DNA of 64,000 nucleotides. Source: Octopus bimaculoides. Taxonomy: Eukaryota. The stretch spans positions 37,464,004 through 37,528,003 of the forward strand of contig NC_068982.1 of NCBI RefSeq assembly GCF_001194135.2, read 5' to 3'. Positions 51,511-63,185 of the stretch are shown in pieces (position 1 is the stretch's first letter; each line of letters begins with the position of its first letter). Position numbers and translations under genes: made by a program. A model generated the notes under the pieces. The model was given only the letters and a program-made list of their open reading frames with translations. It made no database searches and was not told where the DNA came from.

Positions 51511-53405
51511 TCTCATTTAGGCAATTATACAGCTACTGGATAGTCTAGACAAAACTAATTAAATGTCAGGTCCTGGCATTTGTATGCCTTAATTACTGGA
51601 ATTAATAAATCTAGATTCAGGGTAATGTTAAGTGTCTGAAGTTGTTTTGTTGAGTTAAATAACTTTTTGTTTATTGAATTTGTGATAAGATTATTATAGA
51701 CAGATTGCAATAAACTTTGTGTTGATTGAAATGCAGGGTCCATTCAGAAAGGTGAATAAATGTTGTTTTAACCCCAGATTAACCCTGAATGAGTAGATAT
51801 CTATTCAAAGCTGTTCCATCTATGATCAACCTATTTTTATTCAGGCATAATGTATCTAAATCTACATTGACCTGTGTCTTTCCTCTTTTTAAGATGTGAG
51901 AGATTTCACTGTCATTTCTTGTAGGCTCAGCAACAAATGGTAGTGAACAATTTTAAAGCTGATCTAAGTTATTGAGACAGGTTTGACAGTATGTTTATTA
52001 GATTATTCAATAATTTTCTTCTGTAGTTTACTTATATAACATTTGTTTATCGTATTTTTTTTATTCACTTGCAAGATCTTTCATGTCCATGTATTTCTCA
52101 TTTTCAAAATTGAAACAGTTGCATAAGATAATTATAAATGATACTTAAGTAATCAGTTACTGTTACATAGCATTCGCAGAAATATGCAACCATGTTTTAC
52201 TTCTGTTGACATAACATTTAAAAGTGAAATCAAAGCATTTTATTTCATACATCATGAGCAGTATGGTCACTGCGAATCTATACATATTCTATCTATAAAA
52301 GTGAATGCAGTGTTTCTGTCTGGAATCCTAAGCTCTTACTTTATCTATTTCCCCCTATTTTTACTTGCTATTGGAGCAAGCTTTTGATTTATGGTAGCAT
52401 TATGTTGTAAAATATTGTTGACAGAATTTTATATTAAATGTAAATTTCACTATTCATGTATTATGTGCTTATATATGTGCATGCACACACACATCTATAT
52501 TTACTGTTATGTCTCAAGCTACTGCTATCTAGCACCTTTGGATGATCTCTACTCAACCACTACACAACTGCTACTCGACTTCTACTCAACACTCCTACCA
52601 TGGCCAGACTACCTCTATTTATATGTCTTGGGAGATCCTACTTCTTCGCCGGGGGGCATCGACACAACATTTACAGTTATACATATGTGTGTGTGTGTAT
52701 ATAAGTAAAAGAAAACATAGAAGTGATAGTTTCTTTATATAAAAGTCTTTGAATTTTCTTAAAGAAATGAGATGAAATATTACTTAAATTCTTTTAGTAT
52801 GTTTGTTTTGTCTAGCACTGGAGAGTCAGTTTCTGTTTTTATAACACACACATATGAGAGAGGAAGAGATTTCTGTGAATACATTTCATTAATGTTCTGT
52901 AACTTTAACATTTGTTTGAACATGGTATTGCTTTACACATTATATTATGTTTATTTATTTCTCTGTGACCTATACACCAGAAAAAGGTATGAAAGATGTT
53001 GTTCTGCTCTGGGCTGATAAAGTTTGGTAGAATGTAGCAGAATAATGTATGATATAATTGTCTTTGGTGTGATGATTTTCAAATAAGTGGCTTAGCACTC
53101 ATCTCATCTGAATTGTTTCTAAAGCTGGATAGATGAATAATGTTGCAATTGAGTTTTACTTCATGTTTTAAGCCTCTTCATTTTTATTTTGAGCATTTTG
53201 TGGTAGTTATTGTAAAAATGAGACCTGACTACAAAATAAGCTGGGTGAGGGTAACAGTTACTACCCTTCAGCTATGTTTGGTGCAAATATTTGTGACTAC
53301 TAAAATGTTGACAATTGAATTGCAATATTTTAGTTTATTTTTAATGTTTTTATCAATTTATATCCAATATCCATCGTATTATATTTCATTTCTCTTTATA
53401 TACAG

Positions 53406-53568
53406 TGAGCAGAATACGCCAACAACTTTTATGAAAACAGTTGAAAACCCTACTCATTCATATGTTGTGCACAAACATCAAGGCCACATGCTCTCCAATA
53501 TGGCCAATCTTTGGAAAAAAGGTAAACTCTGTGATGCTTCCATTGGAAATGGAACAATGAAAATTATG
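53406..53568 (+). CDS. BTB/POZ exon A (phase-2 acceptor, internal ATG at 53431, phase-0 donor)
   Basis: ttctctttatatacag|T GAG CAG AAT...ATG AAA; (x)EQNTPTTFMKTVENPTHSYVVHKHQGHMLSNMANLWKKGKLCDASIGNGTMKIM; donor ATG|GTAAGT. Confidence 0.9.
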
Positions 53569-53769
53569 GTAAGTATTAAATGTTAAATCATGATTATCTA
53601 ACTCTGTATCTATTCATGCACACTTGTTTTTTTTTTTATTATTTAAGTATTTCCCTTTAGTATGTTAAGATCAGCTGCTAATCCAAATCATGAGTACAGA
53701 CATTATAGCACATAACAATAAGTATTTTAAAGCCAAGTTTCCCTGCTAAATTAGGGATTAACTTTATGG

Positions 53770-54880
53770 TCCCACTGACAGTCTTCTTCATTATTAATAT
53801 GAGATAATAAATATGAGACAAATGACAGATCCTTTCAGGGTGAAGGCCCTGCTTGATATGTAGAAATGCTGTTGGAAGAAACTCCAAATGGTGTACTCAA
53901 TACAAGTTATGGACGCATAAGAGGTGCAGTGATATCACTGGGAAATTAACAGAGAAAGTAGTCTTTACATGTGGCTGATGTGCAAGTACACTAAACACTA
54001 GGAATGTTAAAAAAAATAGACTCCTTCAAATGTCAGGAGGTGATCCTTAGAAGTAGTTGACAGTTTCCGTTACTTAGGTGAGGTTGTTCTGAAAATATAG
54101 CTGCTAGAATAAGAATGCGCTGGGTAAAGTTCAGAGATCTGCTACCTCTGTTAGTAATGAAGGGTCTCTCTCTCAGAGTAAAAGGCAGATTGTATGATGC
54201 CTGTGTATGAACATTTATGCTACGTGGCTGTGAGACATGAGCTGTGACTATTGAGGACATGTGAAGGCATGAAAGAAATGAAGCCAGATGGGTAATGTCA
54301 GTGTGCATATACGACTGAGTATAAGTGATTTGAGAGAAAAACTGGGTATACAAGGCATCACATGTAGTGTCCAAGAGAGAAGACTGCATTGGTATGGTCA
54401 TGTAATGCTTATAAATGCAGGTAGATGCATCAAGAAATGCTGATCTCTTATTGTGAAGGGGTAGACCCAGGAAGACATGGGATAAAGTGGTGAAAAAGGA
54501 TCTTCAAACCTTGTGCCTCACTGAGGGACGACAGGGAACTGAGACTTCTGGTGATTTGCTGTGCTTGAGAAAACACATCAAGCTAAGTAAAATTGTGGTT
54601 GTCCTTGCATACAGGCATGACCTCTGCATCCCTTTTCAGCTGAGTGATCCTAATCTTGCGGGCTCATGGGTGCTGGTGCCACATAAAAAGCACCTATGCC
54701 AGTACCATGTAAAAGCACCCAGTACACTCTGTGAAATGGTTGGCATTAGAAAGGGCATCCAGCTGTAGAAACCATACCACAACAGACATGGAGCTTGGGC
54801 AGCTCTTCAGCTGGCTAGCAACTGTTAAACCATCCAACCCATTGCCAGCAAAGAAAACAGATGTTAAAAGATGATGATAA
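53770..54880 (+). mobile_element. Decayed RTE in the BTB intron
   Basis: Degenerate PHD-like region, ARIR..WVKFRDLLPLLV.KGLSLRVKGRLYDACV, and the tail gcattagaaagggcatccagctgtag. Confidence 0.88.
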
Positions 54881-55887
54881 TATATCATATTGATACTTTG
54901 TAACATTGGAGTCCACAATGTGAAGTGGGTAAAAGAAAAATTAAATGTAATGAAAGCAATCAAAATTTAAAAATTGAAATTGATAATAATATTATTATTT
55001 TAAATCACTTGCATTTGCCAAACAAGCCAGTGAATTGTTTTCAGTGTAATCAACAACGGATTTGTTTGAAATTATGAATAGTGTTTATGATATCTGAAAT
55101 CCCATGGGCTCTTTGACTGGTTAAGAAAAAAAGAAAAAGAAAGGTAACTAAAACTAAACCATGTAAACAAAGAGACAACTATGTATGTGTATATATTATC
55201 ATTGTTTTAATGTCCACTTTTCCATGCTTTCATGGGTCAGACAGAGTTTATTGAGGTAGATTTTCTATGGCCAGATATCCTTCTTGCTGCCAACCCTTAC
55301 CTGTTTCTAAGCTTGGTAATATTTCACCACAGCCAGACATGTTTCCACAGAATATTGAAAATAAAGGACATTCAATTACAGCAATCACGCAACGTCATGA
55401 CATGAAGACACAAGTTTACACACATATGAAGACACAAGTTTACACACATATACATGTGTATGTAACATGCATGCACATACGTACATACATAAATACATAA
55501 TTTTTATTATTTTTTGTGAGACAGATTCTCAACATACCTTGTATTAGAAGTATATAAAGTCCTATGTTTCTAGCCTATGTAAATTAAGAGCAAGTATCTG
55601 AAGACATGTAATATTGTGATTATTCATGATCATGCATTATTTATTGGAATACAAAGGATTATTCATCTCCTCTTTTCTTCCTTAATTCTAAAATAGTTTC
55701 CTAATTTCCTAAGTCAATAATGTGTTAATGTTTCCAATGAAAGAAATGTGTTATGTCTCTGTACACAAAATATATTTTTAAATGATTTTTTTTGGAGGGG
55801 GGGGGGTTCAGTTAGGCTTTTAATGTGATTCTTTGAAATATTCTGCTTTTATTGTTTTTCTATAAATATGTGTTCTTTCTTTTCTAG

Positions 55888-56868
55888 GTTCACAAAGTTG
55901 TGTTGATTGCTCTTAGCCCACAACTTTTAACATTGCCAAATGCCACCGTAACATCGGGTTGTTTCCAGTTGACATTTTCTCAGGATATTGGTGGTGATGC
56001 TTTATGGGCATTTGCTAAATATATGTACGAAGGTGTTGTCTCCCTTAATGAGGAGGTATTAGAGGATATGGAGCATATTGCGAAAATCCTTGGTTTAAGT
56101 GATCTATTAGATATGTGTAAACTTTATCGGAAGCAGGTTTTGAGTTCTATTGACAATCCTGTCACAACTAAGGCCTTAATCTCTCAATCAACTGAATCTC
56201 CAGGCATTATAAGGGATGCCATTTCAACAGAGATTGTTAATACAATGGATACAATGCCTAAAACTGATGGCCCATCTTTATCAACTGGTGTATCTTTCGT
56301 GGGTCTACCCAATAGTGATATTACTCCATCAATCTCGAAACCAGTGCAACAGTTACAGAACTTAGCTACAGAATCAATGACAAATCAAATACAATTCCAA
56401 ACAAAACAATCAGTTCCTCCGGTGATCCTTTATTCAGCTGATAAAGACTCTTCAGTTTCAAGCTATGCCAATGATTCTGTAGGATTAAAACAAGAACCAT
56501 CAAGTCCCTTGAAAAAAAGGTGCAGTAAAAAAGATTTCTTATCTTCTTTTCCTTCAAGACACTCAGACACACATATTGTTGTCCACGATGATTTATCAGA
56601 ACCTTGGCAACCACATTCTTACTGTGATAATGAAGACCCAAAAAGTCCTCCACCTCCAAAGCGTCTAAAATCTTCAGAACTACCTGAAGACTCTTTATCT
56701 AATTTATCTCACTCAAATACTGAAGATTTCAGTCCTCACACTAAAAGTGCCAAAGACTCTTATCCTATCAAAATTGAACTTGAACGAGACTGTAACAGTG
56801 ATTTAGAAACTTCTGGGATTCCTTATGTTGTGTCGTTAATTCAAGCCAAAGGCCTGGACACGACTTGA
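55888..56868 (+). CDS. BTB/POZ exon B (rest of BTB plus S/P/T-rich tail); terminal coding exon
   Basis: ttctttcttttctag|GTT CAC AAA: VHKVVLIALSPQL...FAKYMYEGVVSL...IAKILGLSDLLDMC completes a ZBTB/KLHL-type BTB. The tail has LKQE, IKIE and PPPPKRLK; TGA at 56866-56868. With ATG 53431 the protein is 372 aa. Confidence 0.93.
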   Translation, partial: VHKVVLIALSPQLLTLPNATVTSGCFQLTFSQDIGGDALWAFAKYMYEGVVSLNEEVLEDMEHIAKILGLSDLLDMCKLYRKQVLSSIDNPVTTKALISQSTESPGIIRDAISTEIVNTMDTMPKTDGPSLSTGVSFVGLPNSDITPSISKPVQQLQNLATESMTNQIQFQTKQSVPPVILYSADKDSSVSSYANDSVGLKQEPSSPLKKRCSKKDFLSSFPSRHSDTHIVVHDDLSEPWQPHSYCDNEDPKSPPPPKRLKSSELPEDSLSNLSHSNTEDFSPHTKSAKDSYPIKIELERDCNSDLETSGIPYVVSLIQAKGLDTT

Positions 56869-57060
56869 ACTTGTTTAATTGGCAAAGGATTCAGAAAAGA
56901 ATGTTATAAAGTCATATATCAAATAGTTATCAATGATCTCAATTCATCTCATTTTAATTGGAAGTTCCAAGTAATATCCAGTTTTGTTTTTTTCTCTTCC
57001 AAATGAGTTCAGTTAAGAAACCTTTTTCTACTTTTTCTTTCACCTTGAACTTTTTCTGCT

Positions 57061-57066
57061 AATAAA
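57061..57066 (+). terminator. First AATAAA after the BTB stop (others at 58081 and 58309)
   Basis: Hexamer in an AT-rich putative 3'UTR; usage unknown. Confidence 0.35.
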
Positions 57067-58599
57067 TTAATGATCTGAGAAAAATATAATATCAAGAGAT
57101 TGCAACTTTTCCTTACAATTAGAGATTAAAATGACGAAAGATTTTTTTCATCATCTTAACATGGTTTCTTTCAAAACATTTAAACTGTCTGAACACCTCT
57201 TTTAAGGAGAAACAAGAGCTATATATTTTTCTTCTACTCAATTAGGTCACTTTAGCATTTGTGTCACCAGATGACAGACATGTCAAACAGATAATGATCA
57301 GCGTTAAAAATTGAACAATAATATTTTCAAAGTGGTAAAAGCTAGATAATGTATGTGGCTACACAATGGAGTGCTATTATTTTATTTATAATTTCAGCTT
57401 TATCAACAGTTCCTCATTTAAATTCGTTGGAAGGTTGGTCTTAAATAGTATGAAGAGTTATGAAATATTTCAGTCTAAAGCCTCTGGATTCTTTTAACTT
57501 TCAATTTACTCTGCTTTTATCTTTTATTTTCCAAGCATTGTTTCCAATGATTGTAATTTAAGATTTTTAAAAGTGAATAACAAATATATTACTTATGTGA
57601 TCAGCCTTTGGTTTGGAATTATATCTGGATATTTAGTTTCACAGCATACAAAAGTTAGCTCTCATATTGAAATTTTAATATTTTAATTTATTAAAGATTT
57701 TTAATTGTGTGCTATTATTGTTAACAATGGCTTTGTCTGGATTTTTTTTTCAGCAATCCACTGGTGCCTAGCAACTGATAAATAGATTAATATATAGTGT
57801 ATTCCATAGTTTGTATGTTGAACTGTGGATAAAAAAATATAATTTTTTTTTTTTTTATTTGTATCGAAACCAGTGATGATATGCATGTAAAAATTGTTAT
57901 GGTTAATTTAGCAAACATTCTGTAACTGGATCATTTCATTGAAGGAAACATGGCATAAATATATTACATTTTTTACATTATTGAAAAGTTTACTTTGGTA
58001 AAATAAACAAAATAATCCATTGTCGGAATTTGCTTGTATTTTATTTAAATGTTTGCAACATCTTGCAATTTAATTTGTCAAATAAAATCTGGAACATTTT
58101 TACTAATGAAAATTATAACCAACTTTATAACTAAATGGTTGCATGAAGATTGAGGACAAAATGTCTTGTTGCTGTTTTTGTTGGATTAATAATTCATACT
58201 TGTTACCTGAGGGTTATTGTACCAATCTATATTTTTTTCCTTTTGATAAATTCTAAGATGCAATCTTTAAAGTAACAAACCATCAAATTTGTCATTGAAA
58301 CCAGTTCAATAAACTGCTTCATATCTGCAACAAATACATTTGAGGTCACACCAGAAGAGATTATTAAACTGAAGTTTGTACAATGCGACAAAAAGTCAGA
58401 CAACACAATATAGATTTGTGCATGGAAATGTCATTATGAGAAATATAATCCTTTCTATTATAAGCACAAGGCCTGAAAAGTATGAGTAGTATAATGAAAG
58501 CCAGCCCTGTTAGGTCTGAGTGGAACTGAAAGAAAGATCAGCTATATGTATTAGTTTCAGCATAATTGTTGCATGACTCTGCTGAAACTAACCTGAGAT

Positions 58600-58850
58600 T
58601 TCATCATCATCGTTTAACGTCCGTTTTCCATGCTGGCATGGGTTGGACGGTTTGACTGAAGTCTGGAGAGCCAGCGGCTGCACCAGGTTCCAATCTGATC
58701 TGGCAAAGTTTCTACAGCTGGATGCCCTTCCTAACGCCAACCATTCTGAGAGTGTAAGTGGGTGCTTTTTACATACCACCGGCACAGGAGCCAGTCAGGC
58801 GGGCCTGGCACCGATCATGTTCGGATAGTATTTTTTACGTGTCACCTTAA
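58600..58850 (-). mobile_element. RTE 3' tail, reverse
   Basis: catcatcatcgtttaacgtccgttttccatgctggcatggg... Confidence 0.9.
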
Positions 58851-59119
58851 CAAGGTATCTTAATAATCTAAAGGAAGCTGTTCACCAGAGGTCTGTTCTC
58901 AGACCTGTATTTTGAGGTAACACAGGAGTCAGGAATTTTTATTGTGTGTGAGATTATAAAATCATTGCAGAATCTATCAGAGATTCATAAAAATGTTCAA
59001 ACCTGCAAGAATGGTTTGAAGTCTAGAGCTCATCATAGCAAAAGTCAAAAGTGCTAACTAATAAATGAAAAATAAACAAACATTAATGTTTTGTTGAAAT
59101 ACAAAATGATACCAATGTT

Positions 59120-59950
59120 GATTCTCCTAGTTAAGCTGTCTGCCTGTGGGATTCATCTATTTTAGATTGGAGGCTTCTTGTCAGATGATACCATATTTGG
59201 ATGGACCACTATATAACCAACACTCCATCAACTACTGTGTGCACTCATGGTTTGTTTGTGGCTCATAGACTCCTTTAAGTCATGTACAGTAAAAAAATTT
59301 TTCACTATCAATGTCTACTTCTGTGTAGATCAGTGGTTCTCAAACAGGGTCCATATAAGATTTTTTGAGGTCCACACAACAAAACAGTAAATTGGGGATC
59401 CACAATAGATTTTTAAGGGCCCTGAAAAAATTTTGATTTTGATGTATATATTGGTATGTATTGCAAGAAACAGCCAGGTTTCTTTCTCTAACATTTTACA
59501 TATTTCAACAAGTTAATGTGTGAAAAACAAAATAGGAATTTTGAAACATGTTTCTATAAAACTAGTTTTTAAACATTGAATGGTTGTGGGGGTCCACCAG
59601 AATAAAATAGCAATCAAAGGGGTTCATAAGTAAAAAGTGGTTGAGAATCTCCAGTGTAGATTATACCATTCTTCATCCCCTTCCTTTAATACAACGTGAT
59701 TGCATCCAAAAGAAGGCCATCTGGCTGATTGGCAAAGATTTACTCACCAACACATTACAGTCTCTAGCCTCTGTTGCTCCCTTCATGGTCTCAGCTTCTC
59801 TGAACCAGCTAATTGCATACCACTGCCACCTGACACATTGGCCCCACTGTTTCTCAATTCCCTCTGGAATTCCCTTTTCATGTGAACACCAGCTTACATA
59901 TTGTCAATTTGAATATCAGTTGAATCATTCTCTGAGGACCTGTGTAGTTT
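59120..59950 (+). mobile_element. Non-RTE LINE remnant (same clade as 1545-2100), interrupted by a hAT MITE
   Basis: DCIQKKAIWLIGKDLLTNTLQSLA resembles the C-terminal LDRIQkkA.RLI...LqsLahRR motif; a degenerate KL..(Y)GI...W..FL region precedes it. Confidence 0.7.
59331..59653. mobile_element. hAT (Charlie-like) MITE with 8-bp TSD
   Basis: Starts CAGTGGTTCTCAA, ends ..GTTGAGAATCTCCA; GTGTAGAT on both sides (59323-59330, 59654-59661). Confidence 0.88.
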
Positions 59951-60939
59951 ATGAGCATTGTCCCTTCCTCCTGGCTAGAAGGAAGAGGCAATGCACAAAA
60001 AAGAGTAAAAACAGAAAAAAACTATATAGGAGAGAGAAAAGGAAACTGGATGCTTCTATTACAAAAGGTCTTTCAGTATTATTGTATATATATTATTATA
60101 TGGTCCTTTGAGAAAGGATATTGTTTTGAGTTCAGAATTTGTCATATTTCACTCCACAGTTAGCTGTCGGCCAATAATGTAAGAGGCAAAAAAATAACTT
60201 GTTAGCAGAGTACCCAATGAACAGCAAGCTACTAGCTCAGTTGTGCGGCGCCAAAATAAAAACCTCTCTCACAGAAAAGTCGAGTAAAAGATAACATTTT
60301 GTTTAGTGCTGCTCTTAAGAGTAGCCTCCCTTGTCCTATGCTTTAAAAAAAAAACCGAAAAAAAAAAACCGAAAAAAAAAACCGACGCGTTTACATAGAC
60401 TATATTTACATGATTTTGTAACATTTAATGTTAACGAACAATTGCAAAGGATTATTTTGAAATCGAAATTCAAAATAGATGGATGGATTTACGAAAAGGG
60501 GGCGAAAGTAGATACATTACGTAAAAAATACTATAAAGTAACAATACTTAACAATTACTAATAGTAGAAGTATCAGAGCTAATAACCTTATATTTCATAT
60601 AAATTTTCTATATATTCATGGTTTTCGATACTTATGCCGGTGTTGAAACAATTTTCATTTTAAAAGGGTCATATATTCAAGTATGTTTTTTCTAATCTGA
60701 AGCATCCGCTTTCATTTTAGTCTTATTAGTGTTGATTAAAACACTCACACGTATCAGGAACGTTTTATACATTGTAATTTTGAATATCAAAACTAAACGA
60801 ATTCCACTTTGTAAAAATGACAATGCATAATTCAGTTAATGGCTAATATTTTAATACTAGACACCATAATTTTCTTTGTGCCTTCCAATCTCAGTATTTA
60901 TTCCTTTTTAAACTGACCGGTCTGAAGAAGTGGAGGTGC

Positions 60940-61310
60940 ACAGCTTATGCAGGCTTTCCTAAATTGGCTTGACCGATGTCATTAGTATTCCTCCCGAACA
61001 TTTGTAAACCAACACCTGTAGGGAAGGTATGAGCAGAGATGGCGGTGGTGGATTCCGGAAGGTAAGACACTCTTGAAAGGAAGGACTGGATGTACTGATT
61101 AGGGCAAGACTAAATGAGGACTCACTCACTAAAAGACGGGAATGCCTGAGTGGAGGCAGTATGAGTCTAGCTAGATCTAAGGAACAGAAGCCATTATAAT
61201 AGCAGTTGACAAAGCAGACAGCATGCCTGTTGACCAGAGACTGAATCGTGTCAATAAGTTAGGTGGCTCTTAAATGGATGTAGTCGAGGATGTCTTGTGT
61301 CTAAATATGC
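60940..61310 (-). mobile_element. Non-RTE LINE 3' end remnant
   Basis: Minus strand, with frameshifts: DTIQSLVNRHAV...YYNGFCSLDLARL ... QYIQSFLSRVS.(W)N. Confidence 0.6.
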
Positions 61311-61555
61311 TTTAAAACATAATGCGTCAAGTGAAGCATGAAACTTTAAAGAATATTTTGACAAAAAGAAAAACTTAAAGCAACATTATTTAAACCCAGA
61401 AAACAACTGCTTGATTTTTTATTTAAAGAATTTCCGCTAGATATTTAAAAAAAAAACCCGCTGATTAATGGCAGAGGAAAAGTATGACTGCTCATCAAAA
61501 TAACAATAGAAGTCATCCCTTCTTAAACAAAGGTTTTTAGTGATGTAGTTTGAGG

Positions 61556-61690
61556 TGTAATAGCAATGCCATCCACCCAAATCAGTGCTGAAAGACTGTT
61601 TTCTGCATTATAAGTAATCAAACCACATTTGTGGGCGTCCATGAAGGATGATCTGGAAGAAATAATTTGGTTTCCGAGAGCAAGATATCA
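61556..61690 (+). mobile_element. hAT transposase C-terminal dimerisation-domain remnant
   Basis: VIAMPSTQISAERLFSAL*VIKPHLWASMKDDLEEI matches the hATC motif P.tqvs.ERlFS. Confidence 0.8.
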
Positions 61691-62029
61691 CATTTTCGAT
61701 ATGAATTCTTGATTCTATAGAAATTTCAAATTCCATATTCTATAGAGATATGGTTTCTTTATAGGGGTTGTAAGGATAAAATTTTCAAATCAATCCTTGA
61801 TGGTCATTGTTACGTCTACTTTTCCATAGATTGGACAAGATCTCTTGAGATAATGGCTGGATGCCCTGCCTTGTTTTTCAGGTAAGGTGTTTCACTGGTC
61901 TTTGCATGTTGAACTACTGAGTTGCTGAATATAAACAAACGTAACTATTACCCAAGTGGTGTCAGTGGGAAGACACATGACGACAAACACATACACATAT
62001 GCAAGATTGTAAGGTAATCTTTTTAAAAT

Positions 62030-63060
62030 ATTAGGGTGCTATGTTAGCAGGTTGAGTGCCCAAACCCCCCGTTTTCGGATACGGAGGTCCCGCAAAATTG
62101 CCAAAAATTGGCATTGCAAAAAAATTGCCCATTTTTCTGAAAGTTATGAGTGAAGAAAGCTGATTAAAGTGAATTTTCCGAAACTTCTCACTCCACTCTC
62201 GGAAAAAAAAATTCCACCACAAATTGTAATATAATCGGAATCTACACCATTTGAGGAGTATTTGTAGAAAATTTCATTCCTGGAAGTTATGAGGCAACAG
62301 ATTCGTGAGAGAGTATACGATTAGGAAAACCGAGTTTTCATAGAAAGAATTTAAAATCAGGTTTGAAAAACCAAAACAGACACACACACACATACCTACA
62401 CTGCCCAAATTGTTGAAATTTTGGTTTCATAGGTATGAAGTCCGAAAAACAAAAGAACACTTTCATCACATTTGACCATCTTAACATCTGCTCAATCAGA
62501 AATTGTAACCTAAAGCCGAGTCTTGTTCCGAGTGCTCAACAATTAGGATGGAAATGCTTTCTTCTCAAAGTAATAATAGACTTAATTTTAAAAAATTCTT
62601 TTGCCAAAACCCCTCGTTTTCGTATGTGGAGGTTCCGGAAAATTGCCGAAAATCGGCATTGTTAAATTCCCCCACTCCCTTTCCCCACCAAATTCTTCAA
62701 TTTTGACTTTTTCCCCCAACACTAACCCAAACCCTAACCCTAACCATAACCCTAAAACCCTAATCCCAACCCTAAAGCCTTATCCATAACTACAGAAATG
62801 TTTTGAAATTTTTGTCCGAATCATAATGTCCGTATTTTTCCGCATATTTAGAAGAAAAAAAAATTCTTAAAAACAAAATTTACAAAAATTTTTGGAAATT
62901 TTTTTCAGAATCATGATCTCCGTATTTTTCCGCATATTTTCGGAAAAAAAAAAATTCTGAAAAAAGTTAAAAAATGAAGGAANNNNNNNNNNAGCCGAAA
63001 AGGCGGGCTTTGGGTCGAAAATTTTTTTTTAAGGGTTGGTTTCGGGGGTGGGGGAGGGGC
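62030..63060. mobile_element. Composite repeat with internal direct repeats and degenerate (CCCTAA)n
   Basis: 62054-62120 resembles 62604-62665; 62810-62870 resembles 62905-62970; ccctaa-like array at 62718-62790. Confidence 0.6.
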
Positions 63061-63064
63061 GGAA

Positions 63065-63185
63065 GTCTTGCCAAAAATTTGGAATAGACCTCGGTGGAAT
63101 TTGAACTCAGAATGTAAAGATGGATGAAATGCTGCCGAGAATTTTGCCCGGCGTGCTAACGATTCTGCCAAGCTCGCCGACTTAC
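63065..63185 (-). mobile_element. SINE family B, reverse, 5' part
   Basis: gacctcggtggaatttgaactcagaatg...gctaacgattctgccaagctcgcc. Confidence 0.85.

Noticed and set aside
53140-53405. N-terminal hydrophobic extension of the BTB ORF (ORF 53140..53586)
   Set aside because: The T-rich sequence upstream of the 53405 acceptor is the polypyrimidine tract and intron; the frame is open by chance.
62718-62790. True telomere or chromosome-fusion scar
   Set aside because: Short, degenerate and embedded in a composite interspersed repeat; no head-to-head arrays.
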